Below, piece by piece: positions 23,397-38,571 of a stretch of 64,000 nucleotides of DNA. Both the position numbers and the translations under genes were made by a program. Within the stretch, counting starts at the first letter, position 1. Each line of letters opens with the position of its first letter. Source of the DNA: Schmidtea polychroa (Eukaryota); NCBI GenBank assembly GCA_044892525.1, contig CM097888.1:37324001-37388000 (forward strand). Direction: 5' to 3'. The notes beneath the pieces are model-generated. The model saw nothing but the letters and a program-made list of their open reading frames with translations. It did no database searches and had not been told where the DNA came from.

Positions 23397-23532
23397 CGTT
23401 AATATAATGAATATTTTATACAATTTTTCTGTCTTTTTACATTGGATTTTTATGTCATCTTTTTCTTTAAAAGAACTTGTTTGATTTTATTTTGACAAAT
23501 ATCTTAAATCTAATTTTAAGAAAATTGAAAAA

Positions 23533-26500
23533 TCACTTGAAAAGGTGTGCAGATTGCTTAGGAGTATTTACATTTTTTGCTTTATTAACCGAAACTTTGT
23601 TTGATGGTCTAAAGGATTCATTTGAACTTCTTAAAGGAATTTTTCTAAATTGATGCCGATTATCTAAGTGAAATTTATCATTATTAGAATTATTTTCATC
23701 ATCTGCAGATTTTTTATTTCCCAAATAGAATCTTTCGTCAGAACCTTGAGACTGAATATTAGTAACAAATGTTTCTGAAGATTTTCTAAATGAAATTTTA
23801 AATCAAAATTCAAATGTACAAAGTTAGAAATTACTAATAAAATCAGAAACTAAAAATAGATACATTGATAAAAACAATAATAGAAGAAACTTCGTCAACA
23901 ACCTTTGGATAAGTAATCATTAAATAGGACGTAAAACATTACGTAAGTTACGTAACGTAACTACTCCAACTTCATGAAATTTTACAAATATAACACAACC
24001 AACTGAACATAACAGTTCATATAACAATACATATAATACAAGAATCCAAAATTTTATTAAATTTTAAAAATTTAAATAAATTTAATAAAAAGAATTATTA
24101 TCCTATCAGAAAGTTAGAAAATCAGAAGAATTCAAACCCAAACACCATTGGAACCCGAAGAATCTGTGCAAAATCAGAGAAAATGAACCAGGTGTGAATA
24201 TTTGATAGCGAAATGACATTATAAATATATTTTTATAAGTTTTTTATCAAGTTATTTTATTGTTTTTGATTATTATTCTATTGCTTTTACACAGTATGTG
24301 CATAAGTTTGAAATATTAGCAATTCAACAAACTACAAGCATATATTATATATGACAGTTACAATTGAGTAAAATGAGCAAGAAAAGGGTACGCAAGACGA
24401 AAAGGTTAGAAACCATAAATTTAGTCTATTGTTGTACAATTCTTCACCAAGGTTTGTACTCTAAAAGACCTATTACACACAAAATTATGGGCCTGTAGAC
24501 AAAATATTACATTTTATCTAATGAAAAAAGGTGATGCACTTCTTTACATATTACATTTCACCGATTTAGTAGAAATAAATTCTACTAAAATGTCTAGGAT
24601 AAATGGATAACATTAAAAACTTAGATAAAACTTAGATAAAAAATTTGAAAAAAAAGAGATAAAATAAATTCATTTTTCTAAATCATGTAAGTATATAAAA
24701 TTATTTTTACAGAACTAAATAAATTAATTATTTCATAATCAAAAACTGCAATTTATAATTAATAATCATTTTGCAAACCTTGTACAGCCTAGGGACATAT
24801 CAATGCTCGTTGATGATAAAGAAGGGATAGAGACAGAATTAGGATAAATATCTAAAGTTGAAAGTATTGAACTGGAAGATGTAGAAATAACTGTCTTGGA
24901 TTTCTGATGCAAATTTGATAATGGTTGTAATTTCGAAGGAGATTCACTAAAACTTTCTCTTTTGCCCATTTTATTTTGTTTGGAAATTTCAATATTAGAA
25001 GAATTTCTCAAAGTCAATTGCCCAACATATTCATTGGCTCTATTTGGAAATGATTTGATATTTTTTTGAAGTCTCGTTAAGTTGTACGGAAGGTTGGTAG
25101 AATTCGGTCCGTCCCCTGCTTCTAATTTTGGTTTACATTCATACAAAGGAGCTCGATGTGAACCAGCATCTAAGATTTGAAAGTAACATTTTATTCATTG
25201 GAAATTAAAGAAGTGAAATCTAAATAAATTCATATAATTTGAAAAACAAAATTCTGTTTCGACTATTATCTCCATTGAATAAAATGTCAAAATAATAACA
25301 TCTGCAAAAAAATTTTGAAAGGCAGCCTAATTACATTATGCACTTGTTTATAACTCTGGTTTCCCACATAACTAATTTCATCATTTTCATATAGGTATAT
25401 CTATGTTCGCACCAATGTTCGCTATCCCTACATACTAATTTCCCCCGGAATACGTCATCTTGAATTTTTTCAAATTTCAAATTAATTTTGAATATTTATA
25501 GGTTTTACCATTTTATTGATTTGCAAATTTAATATTTTGCACATTTTTTTCATTTTTAGTACATGTTAATAAATTTTGTTTTTGAAAATTTTTAATTCAC
25601 TTTCAATCAGAAGTCAAAATTTAAAAAAAATATTTAGAATAATTCGTTTTTCCAGGGCCGGATCTTCCTTAGGGTGAACTTGACATTTGTCAATATTCAA
25701 AAAGAAATTGTTACAAAATAATCTTATTAGCAAATTTGCTGCAATTAGATCACAGAAAAAGAAGTCGATGAAATTAAATATATTATAAACATTATAATAT
25801 TTTCTTCTTTTTGCTTCTTTTTTTAATTAAAATGTGTTGTGTTGTAGGGCGTATAGGGAGATAATTTTATAATGAAAAGAATATTTTTTCAATACTTATG
25901 TTCGTAAAATGACATTTATAACAGGGGTCTCAAACACGCGGCCCGCGGGCCGCATGCGACCCGCAACGAAAAAACATAGATTTGTAATTTAACCAAACTT
26001 ATTTAACAATTAAAGTCATAATTGGCTGTATAAATTAAAACTTATCTTTTTAATTATTTTTATTTANNNNNNNNNNNNNNNNNNNNNNNNNNNNNNNNNN
26101 NNNNNNNNNNNNNNNNNNNNNNNNNNNNNNNNNNNNNNNNNNNNNNNNNNNNNNNNNNNNNNNNNNNNNNNNNNNNNNNNNNNNNNNNNNNNNNNNNNNN
26201 NNNNNNNNNNNNNTTTTGTTGAGTTTTTAATTAAATAAATATTAAAGTCGGAGTTTCAGACTCCACATGTTCTGAAAAAAAATTATTTATGTTGCGGCCC
26301 GCCGGCTCATAATACTAGTCTAATGCGGCCCGCAGGCCAGTTTGAGTTTGAAACCCCTGATTTATAATATATTCTTGTCACTTGTTTATGTCGGAAATGG
26401 CCGTTATTTTTATTTTGTATCGCAAATACGGTAGCCGACGAGTTTATCGAAAACGAGTTTATCGTAAGCGAGTTTATCGAAAAATATTATTTTTAAGGAA

Positions 26501-29500
26501 TTAAAAACTTTTAAATTTTTTCTTTATATGCAGAAACTTAAAATGTGTTTATAATAGCATTTGTTGCAAAAAATTCGTTTTAGATAAAAAATATTGAAAT
26601 AATGAGGTTTAAGGTAAGAAACACTGAAAACTTTTCCTAAGAATAACCTGCAATGGATTTTCCGCAGGTTTTCATTAATTGTGGGAAATTCCCTTCATTT
26701 ATGCATTTTTTGATTTTGTGTTAATAAGAAAGGGTTTTTATATTTTTGAATTTAATACATATTCAGTTATAAAGTAGTGTGGTTATTAGTGATAATAATT
26801 TAAATATTTAAAAAATTAATTTGAAAATGAATTTACAATTCTTTATTAGAGAAAAAGGAAAACAGAAATAAACTCGATAAACTCGTCATTCGATCAATTG
26901 ATCATTCGATAAACTCGTTTTCGATAAACTTACCGGGAATCGCAAATACAACAGTTTCTACATGGTGTCTTCACAACATTCACATATCTCTTAGATATGC
27001 AAATCAAATTTTTTGGTATTTTTATATATGAGAATATAAATAGTACAAAAGAGGCGCTCCATCACTTCTATGGCAAGGGCGTTAAGCGACCTCGAGCCGG
27101 CACTGGTTATTTCCTATACACTTATAAATTTGCATTATTTAAAAATATTTTCAAAAGATTATTGGTTGCAAAAATAAAAATAAATATACAAATTAAGAAA
27201 TAAAAGAAATTTATTAAAAATAAGTCAAACTTACACTCATCCTTTCCTGTTCTTTTTCGACAAATTGGACTTTCATATCGTCCTTCACTAGTTACAACGA
27301 CAACCTACGTTAAATTTTTGAAACATAACATATAGATAAAAATATATGTATAAAAACAGAAAACTGTTAATTAATTAAACAATTAATAGAAACTCGAGTT
27401 GAGTTAACAATGAGAAAAATCATAATCCTTTTTTTCCAACAGGATCTTTTATTCAAATCAGAAAGATCAATACAAGAATTCAAATTCAATTCAAACATGC
27501 CTAATAAAGTATTTGAAGTTATCACTGAAGTTATATCAACAAAAAAGTTGAAGTTAAGGAAACTGAATAAAATCATTGTATCAATAAATATACAATTTGT
27601 ACTTCGGCAATTACGTAATAATTTATGAAACATCGCAAATTTAAAAGTTTTTAAAAAATTTTGAAATTTTAAAGATAACTATTAATAAATACAAAAAGTT
27701 ACTAAGTTTATTTTGGCATGAAAAGCTCGAAAACATGCAGGAACATATAATTGAGCATTGCAATAATTATACCTAGAAGTCTTATATAATTTATCATAAA
27801 AGAATTGTCATAAAAATATCACCAGTACAATGTCAAAATTAGGTTCTCAAAAAGAGATTTAGTCACATAGTGGTAGAGGTAGGATAAAAGAGCAATATCA
27901 AAAAATAGTGATATTTATAACAGTATGGCAGAATATACAGATTTTGGGGCATGGTCACAAAGTTGCAGAGTAGTTAGTCATCCAAAAACAAAAATTCTTT
28001 GTCACTTGTCGATTTTATATTTCCAGGTATATACGTGTATTAAGTCGTGGAAATTTGACTTCAATCTTTTCCAATTTTGGCACTGCTGAAATTTTACAAG
28101 TTCTAAAACATATTAATGCACCCTTTTCACTGAACTTTTGACATCGGGAATAGTAATTATTATATATCATTTATTATTATTATTATTATTATTATAATTA
28201 TTGTTATTATTATTTTTATTAATTGTTAATATCATTACCGAAAATGCATATTCGTTGTCCGATTTTAAGTTTGAAATTTTACAATATGTTTGAATACCAG
28301 AATAAACTATAACTCTTTGATTCATTTTAACTTCATATCTAAATATCTTTCCCATTGGAGCTTCTGGTGGATTCCAAGTCAAATTCGCTTCTGATCGTCC
28401 CAGCATTATTACATTTGGTCTATCTGGAGCATGAGCTCCTTAAAAAAAGAATTATAATAAATTAATGAGAAAACAACATTTACAATCATCTCTATCAAAA
28501 ATAATAGAATAATAGAAAAATATTTAACACCAATTTTTTATAGTTCAAACAGCTTTTCATCTAAAATATACATTGAAATAATAATCCAAAAAATTTAACT
28601 ATCATTATTTAAATTTAAAATAATTAAATATTAATTTAAAAGTAAAATGTAAAATATATTTTAAATGTTTATTTTAAATATAAATTGGGATATTATAACT
28701 TAAAATGTGTCATGATATTTATTTTCAAATGAATAAATTTTTAGTAATGGAATCATGGAAATTTGATTATAATAAATAAAATAAAAATATTTTTTTATAT
28801 CCGGAAGTTATTCGAATACAAAAACGGCTGAATGATCCGAATATAACAAATTTAATTTATATAAAAAATGTTTTAATTATTTACGTGTTGCTCTTATAAA
28901 GTTAAATTAAGCAAATGTTTAATGTGAAATTTTATAAACTTCTTGTTATCGTTTATTCATTTATTTATTTATCCTTTCATTAATTCTATACACCTCTCAA
29001 CAAACAGTTTTTCAAATTAAGATTGGCTGTGATATTTTTTCCCTTTATTTCTTCTATTTCATGAGATCTATTTTACCATTTATTATATCAACTTCTATTA
29101 ATAAGCTTTGATATAGGATATATTCGATGTACTGATGGCATTTTACGCATCTAAATGATCCCATTTTTTATAGAAATTGCTTGGGATTTTGATTTTATCT
29201 TGTCTTTCTAAATGATATCATGAGTTTTTTATTTTTTATATATTGTTACAATTTCAATATTTAAAAAAAACAAAACTTATTTGTCAAATAAAATGTTTTA
29301 ATAATTTTTCACAACATCAATTTGTAAAATCACAAATCGGGATAACCAGAGTTTTACAGATTTTTTACTTCTACAAAGATTTATTAGAATATTTGATATA
29401 TAAATTTTTTAATAATCTACCTCGTAAAAATTAAATTATTTTCAATAAATTGTCTTGTAATATCAAATCAATACCTAATGACAATGTCGAAACTTCAATC

Positions 29501-32500
29501 TCCACGAAAGCACCTTTACCGCATGCGTTTACAGCACAAACCTAAATAAAATATAGTATCTCATTTAATATAAAAAGAAATATTCAAATAATATTTTTCT
29601 ATATAAAATAAAAAAGTATCAAGGAATGGTAGCGGGACAAAATGGTAGGGACAGAATGAATAAAAAAATAATCAACTAAACTGAAAGATAACCAATAAAA
29701 ATGCATTTTATAAAATATATCTGACTTTAGATAGACTAATTGTTATTAGAAAATCTAAGAGGATCATCAAATATAAGTTATCATTAATTTTCTTTATTGA
29801 CAAAAAATCGGAATTAAGTCAGATGTATTTAACAATCTTCTGTGAACTGAAGAAGATGAAGCCAATCCTTGTACACATAATTGGAATCAGTTTATCAAAC
29901 AAAACCAGTCTTCTAATCTTCCATTTTCTATTGTTTTATTATTATTATTAAACTGAAGACCGAAAAACCAGACATTTATGCTAAATAAAAGCAACTTACT
30001 TACTTTTCTAATCATTAATCTATTCCTTCAAAAAATTAATGCTACATTTAAACTACATTTAAAAAAATTACCGTATATTTCGGCGTATAAGGCGACCGTC
30101 AGATAAGACCAGGTACAAAATTAGAGCAAAAAAAAATTAGATGGGTTTTAGATATGCATAAAAGCAGTATAAATACAACTACCTGTACTGTAACACTTTC
30201 TTTTATATCGGTTGTATAAGAAGACCCACAATTTTCAAGGGTGATTTTTTGACTTATACGCCGAAATATACGGTAACTTATTATTCTACAATTTTGTTCG
30301 TACTATTTTGTTCTAGAACCAAAGGAATTAAAGTATCATAAAATTACGTGTTAAATTAACTAACAGAGATATCGGTAACTGTTTTTCAGAATCACGATAG
30401 AAAAACCTTAAGGTGATTCGAAAATAATTTTCCTAATTTTCTGTCAATTTACAGAATTCATGTTAATTAAACTATTTATAATCAACGTTCTCAAACGGAG
30501 AACAATTAAACATAATTGTATATCTTACAAAATATTTTCAAATGAACGCCAAAAACAGTGCATAAATGATAAATTCTTAACTTTTTATTTCAATTTAATA
30601 GTTATTTCACAGATGTCATAGTTTATCTTGGAGATTTAACACTTTGTTTATAAAATTTTTGTCATATAAGTTTATATCTAAAGAACTAAAAAAATTGGTA
30701 CTAAATGGCTTAATAAAATTATATTTTAACTTCACAAAAAATATTATCAATTGATCTGTCTTTTCAATTAAATAAAGTTTTATTTTCATCTCAAGCCCTC
30801 ATACATGGAATCATTGAATAAAAATAACTCCATATTTCGGTCACGTTAAAGGGTTCAAATGGATTTGGAATCCAGCAAAAAAGGCATGCAAACAAATGAT
30901 TAAGTTCTTTTTACATTTCTTCATTTACGAATAACTGACATAAATGTAGTAGCATCTATTTTTAGGAAAATGGTTAGTAATTCTATTCAACAAATAAGGA
31001 AGCGGGTATTGGTAAGCGATTGGTAAGCGATAATGGAAATATTACGAAGGAATTTATACTTAAAATAAAAATATAGAGAACCATAACGGGCCTGCTTCTT
31101 ATATTAGTCTTACACGATAATTGAAGATTTAAAAAGATTTTAAATAGGGAAAAATTTAAAAAGATTGGTGATTCCGAGAATACGAATAAAATAAAACGAT
31201 GGTCTAATATTTAAGTCTAATAAAGTTGAAATGAAATCTTTAATACAATCTTAAACGAGAATATAAAATTAAATAACCGAAAATGTATATCTGGTTTCTG
31301 GAAGAAGTCCGGAAATGATCGAAGATCTTTCACAAGTTTTCTCAAAATTCCGTTTATCTAAATATTGAAAGATATAATTGAAATTTATATTTATATTTTA
31401 ATTTTTTATTAAAACTAATATTTCTAAGATTATATCTAGTAATTACTGAATATTTGTGTCAAAGTTAATGCGGTCAGATTTTTTTTTAACCCGAAAGCCG
31501 TACAAATAAGATAGGCAAATTTATTTAAACGCGAAAGCAGTACAAAGGATGGAAAAGTGTGGGTTATTATGCGTTCTACAAAAATCTTTTTAAGTAAGAA
31601 AAAATTTCTTTCTATAATTTGTATTTTTTATAACGATATTTTTCATTTGAATGAATTTCTTTCAATAACAAATCATTACAAAAGTCTTACAAAAGTCTTC
31701 ACATGTATAATGGAGATTCATTTTTACTGAAGTAACTACTGATAAAGTTTCTATTTTTAATCTAGATTTTTCATTATTGCAACAATCATTATCAATTGAA
31801 AATACTCTTTCAACTGTCGCATTAGTAACTGTAAGCACATTACAAATTCAACATGTAATTTCGAAGTTTTTATAGGGATATGCTTATCTTTAAAATATTT
31901 GTTTATTTCTAACCAATAAAAGTTAACTTCAATTTTATTTTTATTCAATTCATATAACTTTTCCGTGAAACAATACATGTTTACTAGTCTAAATTCACCG
32001 AAGAGTTATTTGTCATCAATAACAATTTCGTGATTTTTGCGTCCAAAATCTCTTCCCAATCTAATTTATATTTTCTGTAACTCATCATTCTCTTTGAAAA
32101 TCCATATAATCAAAGCTATAATAATTGATTTTCACAATATTATCCAAAACAGTACAAGAATTACATAACATGAGAAACACAGTACTTAAGGAGTGCATAA
32201 AAATTGGGCAGCACAGACCATCAACAAGAACTACCGTATTTCCGAAATTAATACATCTGGTAATCTTACCAAAGTTAACAAAATAATCCTATACTATATT
32301 CAATAAAATTTCCAGGATTTTGATTGCTTGTTTTATGTTTTGTAAGTTTTTGGTATTACACTTTTCAATTGAGCAAAATCATGTTACATATTCAATGTTC
32401 TTGAGACAAAAGCTACTCAAAGGCAGTAACAGTGGATCACCAAATGTGATGATTTCTGCATTCAAAAGATAAAACAATAATGCCAGGATAGTGAACAAGA

Positions 32501-35500
32501 AAACTGTCAATCAGTGATTTCCGATAGTCAACCTAATCTAGTATACAACACAGAAAAATAGATAAACACAGAACAAAATATAAACATTATTTATATAAAA
32601 AAAATTTAAATTGAAGACAGACCATAATGTAATAACAATTTATGTTAAAAACGAAAACTCTTCTAACACATCAATTCTAGTATGGATCAACTACATTAGT
32701 GACCTAATATAATATGCAGTATAAAAAGGCAATATTCATACTATAAATTATGGATAATTAAAGTAAAAACCGAGAAATAAATTCAAAATAATTTTGCAAT
32801 AAAGGATATGAAAAGGAAAATAAAAAAAAGTACTTAAAGTTATGAAAACTCTCAAAAAAGGAAAGTATTAACTACTCAAATTAAAGAAACAAATAAAAGT
32901 CAATATGGTGTAGAATTATTTGAATCATTATTTTAAATTTGAAATTCGTTCAAAAGAGGATGCACGTAGAACATTTATAAAGGGTGACATAGTGTTAATG
33001 AGAAAAGATTTAAGTAATAAAGAAGGCGATAGTTTTGAAAGTCCATGAGGAATAACCGACAAAAGACATGAAAGAAACTATGAAATAAGATTATCAAATA
33101 GTAAAATAATATAGAATGACTCAAACTTTTTAAATTAGGGAGGGAAATGTAAGGATGGAGTTAAATAAAATTTTTAATTTAATTAACTTAATTAACAAAT
33201 TTAATAAATAATGAACCAAAAAATTGTTAATAACATATCAACTTTTCAAAAGTAAATATAGTTATAATAGAATTTTTATAGAATAAAGGGTTTGATGTTT
33301 TCAAGCTCAATATATTTTTAACATTAAAATACCCTCTTTATTCAAATATGATTAATTAATAAACTTTTGAAAATCTTTTGTTTTTTCGCTTACCTTTGAT
33401 CTGCTTTCATTTTTTAATATTTCATTTCCTTTCATTATAATAAAATATCAAAAATTAATTTTCTATGCAACACTAATTTTCAGCACTTTCTTTATCAAGT
33501 GTTATTTATTATTTCTTCATAGATTCCACTAATGTCCTATTTCATAGTAATTTCATTTACATTTTCTACTAAATTTGACAGATATTTAAAACAGGAAAAA
33601 TATTCAATGAAAAAGGTATTTTTGAGACACTTGGGTGAAATTTTCCGAAATTTTAAGAAAATTTATTAAACGAAATAATTTTTTTAATTAAATTTAATAT
33701 ATTTAGATAAATTTAGTTTATGTAAAAAACAAATTTTGATAAAACTAAACAATTAGAACAATAGTAAAATATTTTTTTCATTCTTAAAGGTTTTGCATAA
33801 TTTTATATCAATTAAAATATAAACTGAAAGAAAAACAAAATTAAAACAAACAATCGGTAAAAACTAACACCTTTATTGCCGACCTTAGCATACGGGAAAT
33901 ATTTTTTGATCATTTTCATCAATTTATTTTTACTTTCTTCTGTCATAAATATAAAATTTTTATTTTATTTTTTCATAAATTAAATCAACAGAATTCACAT
34001 AAAACATACATGAATACCCTGAATTTAAATAACTTTAACATAATAAATCTGCAATTGTTGCGAGACTTGGTCATTTTAAAATTAATCCATTAATTGCTTT
34101 AATTCATTCTTCTAAAACCATATTTCACTAAAATGTTATAGAGAATTTCAAAAACAAGTTATCCTTCATAAAAAAATATTACTCTTAACCATTTAATTTG
34201 TTTTATTTTTAAAATTAAAGTTCCAATATACTTTAAAGCTAAAACCAAATGATCTGAATATAAAATTTTACCTAATTATTAGGCGCGCCGAATTTTGCGG
34301 GTCAACTATTGCGCGCAAAATCTTAGCGCGCATTACAACTAAGCAAGATATATACATTTAAACTAAGTTAGATTTCATTAGATTTCATTATCAATGTTTA
34401 AAAATAAATGTTTTAATTTAGTATTATTGGAGTTTATTTAACCATATATAAAATAATTACTTGCGCACAATCGTCGGCACGCAATAGTCGCTGCAACAAT
34501 TATTAAATATAATTTTATCTTTTATAGAATGCCATGCAAAAATTCATTTATTATGCAGTATTTATTATTATTTAGAATTTCCACTTATAATATAATTATT
34601 TGCAACACATACAAATGATAGTATAAGAATTTTTTTTCCAATTTCATCAATGATTTCTTTTTCATTGTATTTATTAACAAGCTTGAAGACTATGAATCAG
34701 TAAATATGCCGAAAATTGGTGAATATCAAAAACATTGATATATTTACTGATTCCTAGTCTTCAAGCTTTTTAATAAATACAAATGATATGTTTAGATTTA
34801 TTTATAATTATTTATTTATATTAAAATGAATTAAAAATAATTATAACTAATAATTGCATTAATGATAAAATTTGAAATTTCTTTAGTCGTAATATTGAGT
34901 AAAGGATATATTAAAATAAAGGATATACTAAATAAAGTACATACTGAAAACGAAAAAAAATCATTACAGGATATGCCGAATATATAGAAATGCGTTGCAT
35001 TATAAAAGAATATAGTAATATATAGAAAATTATTTTACTAATCATATAATTATAACAGTAATCAAATGTTTTTAAGCCTTTAACAAAAAATTAGAAAGCA
35101 GTGACCAGCTTAATAACTAATGCGTGAACTTCTATAATTGAAAACTTTTTACTTTTCATAGATCCAATATTAGAAGTTTGCTCATTGCCTTTAACTAATA
35201 ATAACATTTGTTATTCAACTAATTATAACATTTTGTAAACAAAAGAAAATTTCTTTTGCTTATGATTAAAAAAATCTAAAATAATTATACACCACCTTTC
35301 ATTTGTATTAAACTTGAAATTTTGTACAAATCTTTTTTGGAAATTAATTTTTTCTATTAACAATTAATTTAGATTTATTGAATTGTGTTCGTTTATTGTT
35401 AAAAATTAATTTAATTTAAATTAATTATTTTAAATGAATATTAATTAATTATGTTTTACGAATTAAGTAAGTTGAAAGTAAATAATAAAACTAAATCCAA

Positions 35501-38500
35501 CAAAAATTATTTGCAAAACATTAATTATCTAGTATATTTTTGTCTTATGATTTATTTAAAAATTATTAAATGATTTTAAATAAATTAAATTACTTACTTT
35601 AAAACCTGTTTTAATAAAATATTATAATATTAATTTTATAATTGGAAAATTCAGTTATTGACGCTATTCATTAAAAACATTAAAAATATCATTATTGATG
35701 CTATTGAATGCAAAGAGTTTATTATCGATGTTATTGAATGCAAAGAGATCATTAATGATGGTTTTGAATGCAAAGAGTTAATCAATGATGTTATTAAATT
35801 GAAAGAGATTATGAATGAAGGTTTGGAATACCAAGATCATTAATAAACATTTTGAAGGACAAGATTTTATTAATGATATTATTGAATGGAAGTAGTTTAT
35901 TATTGATGGCATTGAATGCATTGAGTTCACTATTGGCGGTTAAAATTTAAAACTCACGATTATCAATACTGATTGCAAAATGATTGCAAGGGATGTCCTG
36001 ACAGAGTGGTAAGTTAGTTTTTATTTATTTATATATTATAACATATCGGTAGTTGGAATGCAAATGAATGAAAACTGGACTAAAATAATTCAAAAAAATA
36101 TATAAAAATGTCATAAATTCATTGCATTTAATTATAAATTTCCTGAATATATTTATACTATAAATAATACAGAATTTAAAATGAAGTAAAATGTTGTCAA
36201 AAATCAAGTGAAGTCATTGTTCAAATATACAGATCCCGTTCGTAGATTTTTGCCTCTGTCCACCTAAAACCTCTTTATCAACTAGAAAATCTCTGTAAAA
36301 TTTACTAACTCGGGAATTTAAAAATATCTAAACATCTTCCAAATTAAATTTAAGTTAACACATTATAATTGATAACCTTTAAAAAATATTCAACAATAAA
36401 TCGGACTCTACATTTTCTAAGCTAACATAAAGATAAAAATAACAACATCATTGGCACTTTTATTTATATATTTTTTAATATATTTTTACAGTGATACTCT
36501 TGTAGATATAAGTATGAGTAGTTTTATCCACTATATAAATAATATGTATAAATAATATATAATATTTATAAAATATATATCATATACATATGTTTCAAGT
36601 TTGAAATTTATAATTATTGTAATTTGAAAAATTATGACAGATATCATGCGCGCAAATGTTGCCGTACTATCGCTACAGGCTAATAAACTTGCAAATCTAT
36701 GATAAACTAATCAAAACCAGATCTGATTGCTAAAAATTTCTAAAATTAAAATAATTTATTGCTAGACAATGCTAGTTTAATGATGGAAGTGCTACTGGCA
36801 GAGCTTGGAAATGTTGAAGGGTATCGTGAGCAATTCCATAAACAAAATGACAGCAATGAAAGAAATACCATTGTTTCTTTATATTCAGGAGTCAATAATG
36901 ATCACTGCCATGATAATCAGATTTATAAAAATAAAGTAATTTTATTATATTCATTTTAATGTAAACACAAGAAATTGTGACAGATTTAATTTATTAAATT
37001 AAAAATAAATAATATTAAACTCACTCATATAAATAAGGTAATGTTTAATAGATCCATTCACTTTTTCGGGTTCATCCCATCCAATTTTAATTTGTGTTGA
37101 AGTATAGGCAAGAATTCGCAAATTCTTAGGCTCTGATGGAACTATTATAGAAATTCATGTTAAAGATGAATATAAAGATTAAAATAAAATATTCAAGCAA
37201 TGATCTTAGAAAAGCTCAAATTTTTTACACAATCCAAAACTTAAAAAATTTGTGTTGTTTGAAAGAATGAAAAAAAGTAGTAAATATTTTAAACTAAAAA
37301 AACTTTATTTCTTATAATATTTGATAGTAAAAAGGTATTTTGAACTCAAAGAATAATCTAATATTTTTGTTGTAAATTTTTTTATATTTTAAAATAATTT
37401 TTAGTCCACAATAGCCCACAATACAAATTGGGATGATTGTTAAAGAAAACCGAAGGCTAATATTAAAAGTGTTAGACATTCATAAGAAACAGTTGATAAA
37501 CCATTTAAGCGTATCCATTTGGTCTGGTCATTGCTACCCAATATCGAAAATATTCTTATGTTACCGGATGCAATAACTAAGTGACTAGAAACTGTTTGCA
37601 AAATTCGATTAACAGCAACAGTGAAAAGAAAGAAGAACTTTTTCTCGATTTGACGTACCACTCGAAATAGTAACTGAAAATTCTAAGAAGTTTGTATCAG
37701 ATTATATTATGTTGTCTAAGTAAAATGTTTGCCTCTGTCGTTCAAACACTGCACTATTATGTATATTTTAATGAATTCGCAGAGATAATGGTTTAAGCGA
37801 GAATACTACATATGCGTTGTACCGAATTCTTGAAGAATCTCATACATGAGATAATAGAGTTTGGCAACTTGCCCATTTGGTCAGTTGATGAAGGCCACTA
37901 ATTTATAAGACAAACATGAGAATGTACCTGATGGAACACACTTCTTTATCAAAACTGATGAAATAAGGAAACTTAGCATTAATAATTTGTTGAACGGATT
38001 GAAAACTTGTAGCTATCCTTAACAAATCTTATTTATTTATTCCCATTTAATACCAATAGAAAATTAAAATTAAAAATAAAATATTACTGATAATGATATA
38101 AAATACTCACAATCTTCAGCGGTAATTATGGCACAACTATCTGACGAAATTGTCATTTCAATATCGTTAGCAAACTTCAAATAAAATTCATAATTTTTGT
38201 TTGACTCTAAATTTTTTATAGCAGCTTCATTTTTCTTGCCACTATAAGCTANNNNNNNNNNNNNNNNNNNNNNNNNNNNNNNNNNNNNNNNNNNNNNNNN
38301 NNNNNNNNNNNNNNNNNNNNNNNNNNNNNNNNNNNNNNNNNNNNNNNNNNNNNNNNNNNNNNNNNNNNNNNNNNNNNNNATGTATTTATTGAAAAAATTT
38401 TCGACTATAAGATTGACAAGGACTATCTTATAGTCGAAATTTTTTCATTAAATACATTATTCGCAACAAAAGGCTTAAATTATCACTTTATTGTTTTAAA

Positions 38501-38537
38501 TAATAAATGCTGCTACCAAGAAATCATCACTTTATAC

Positions 38538-38571
<34 letters not shown>

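Larger units (their letters stand above)
25653..27105. mobile_element. hAT MITE hosting two nested MITEs
   Basis: Ends cagggccgg / ccggcactg; flanks gtttttc and gttatttc, i.e. an 8-bp TSD with a one-base indel. Confidence 0.65.

Noticed and set aside
29820-29930. Missing FN3 exon candidate (VQGLASSSS)
   Set aside because: There is an in-frame TGA and no consistent splice phase.
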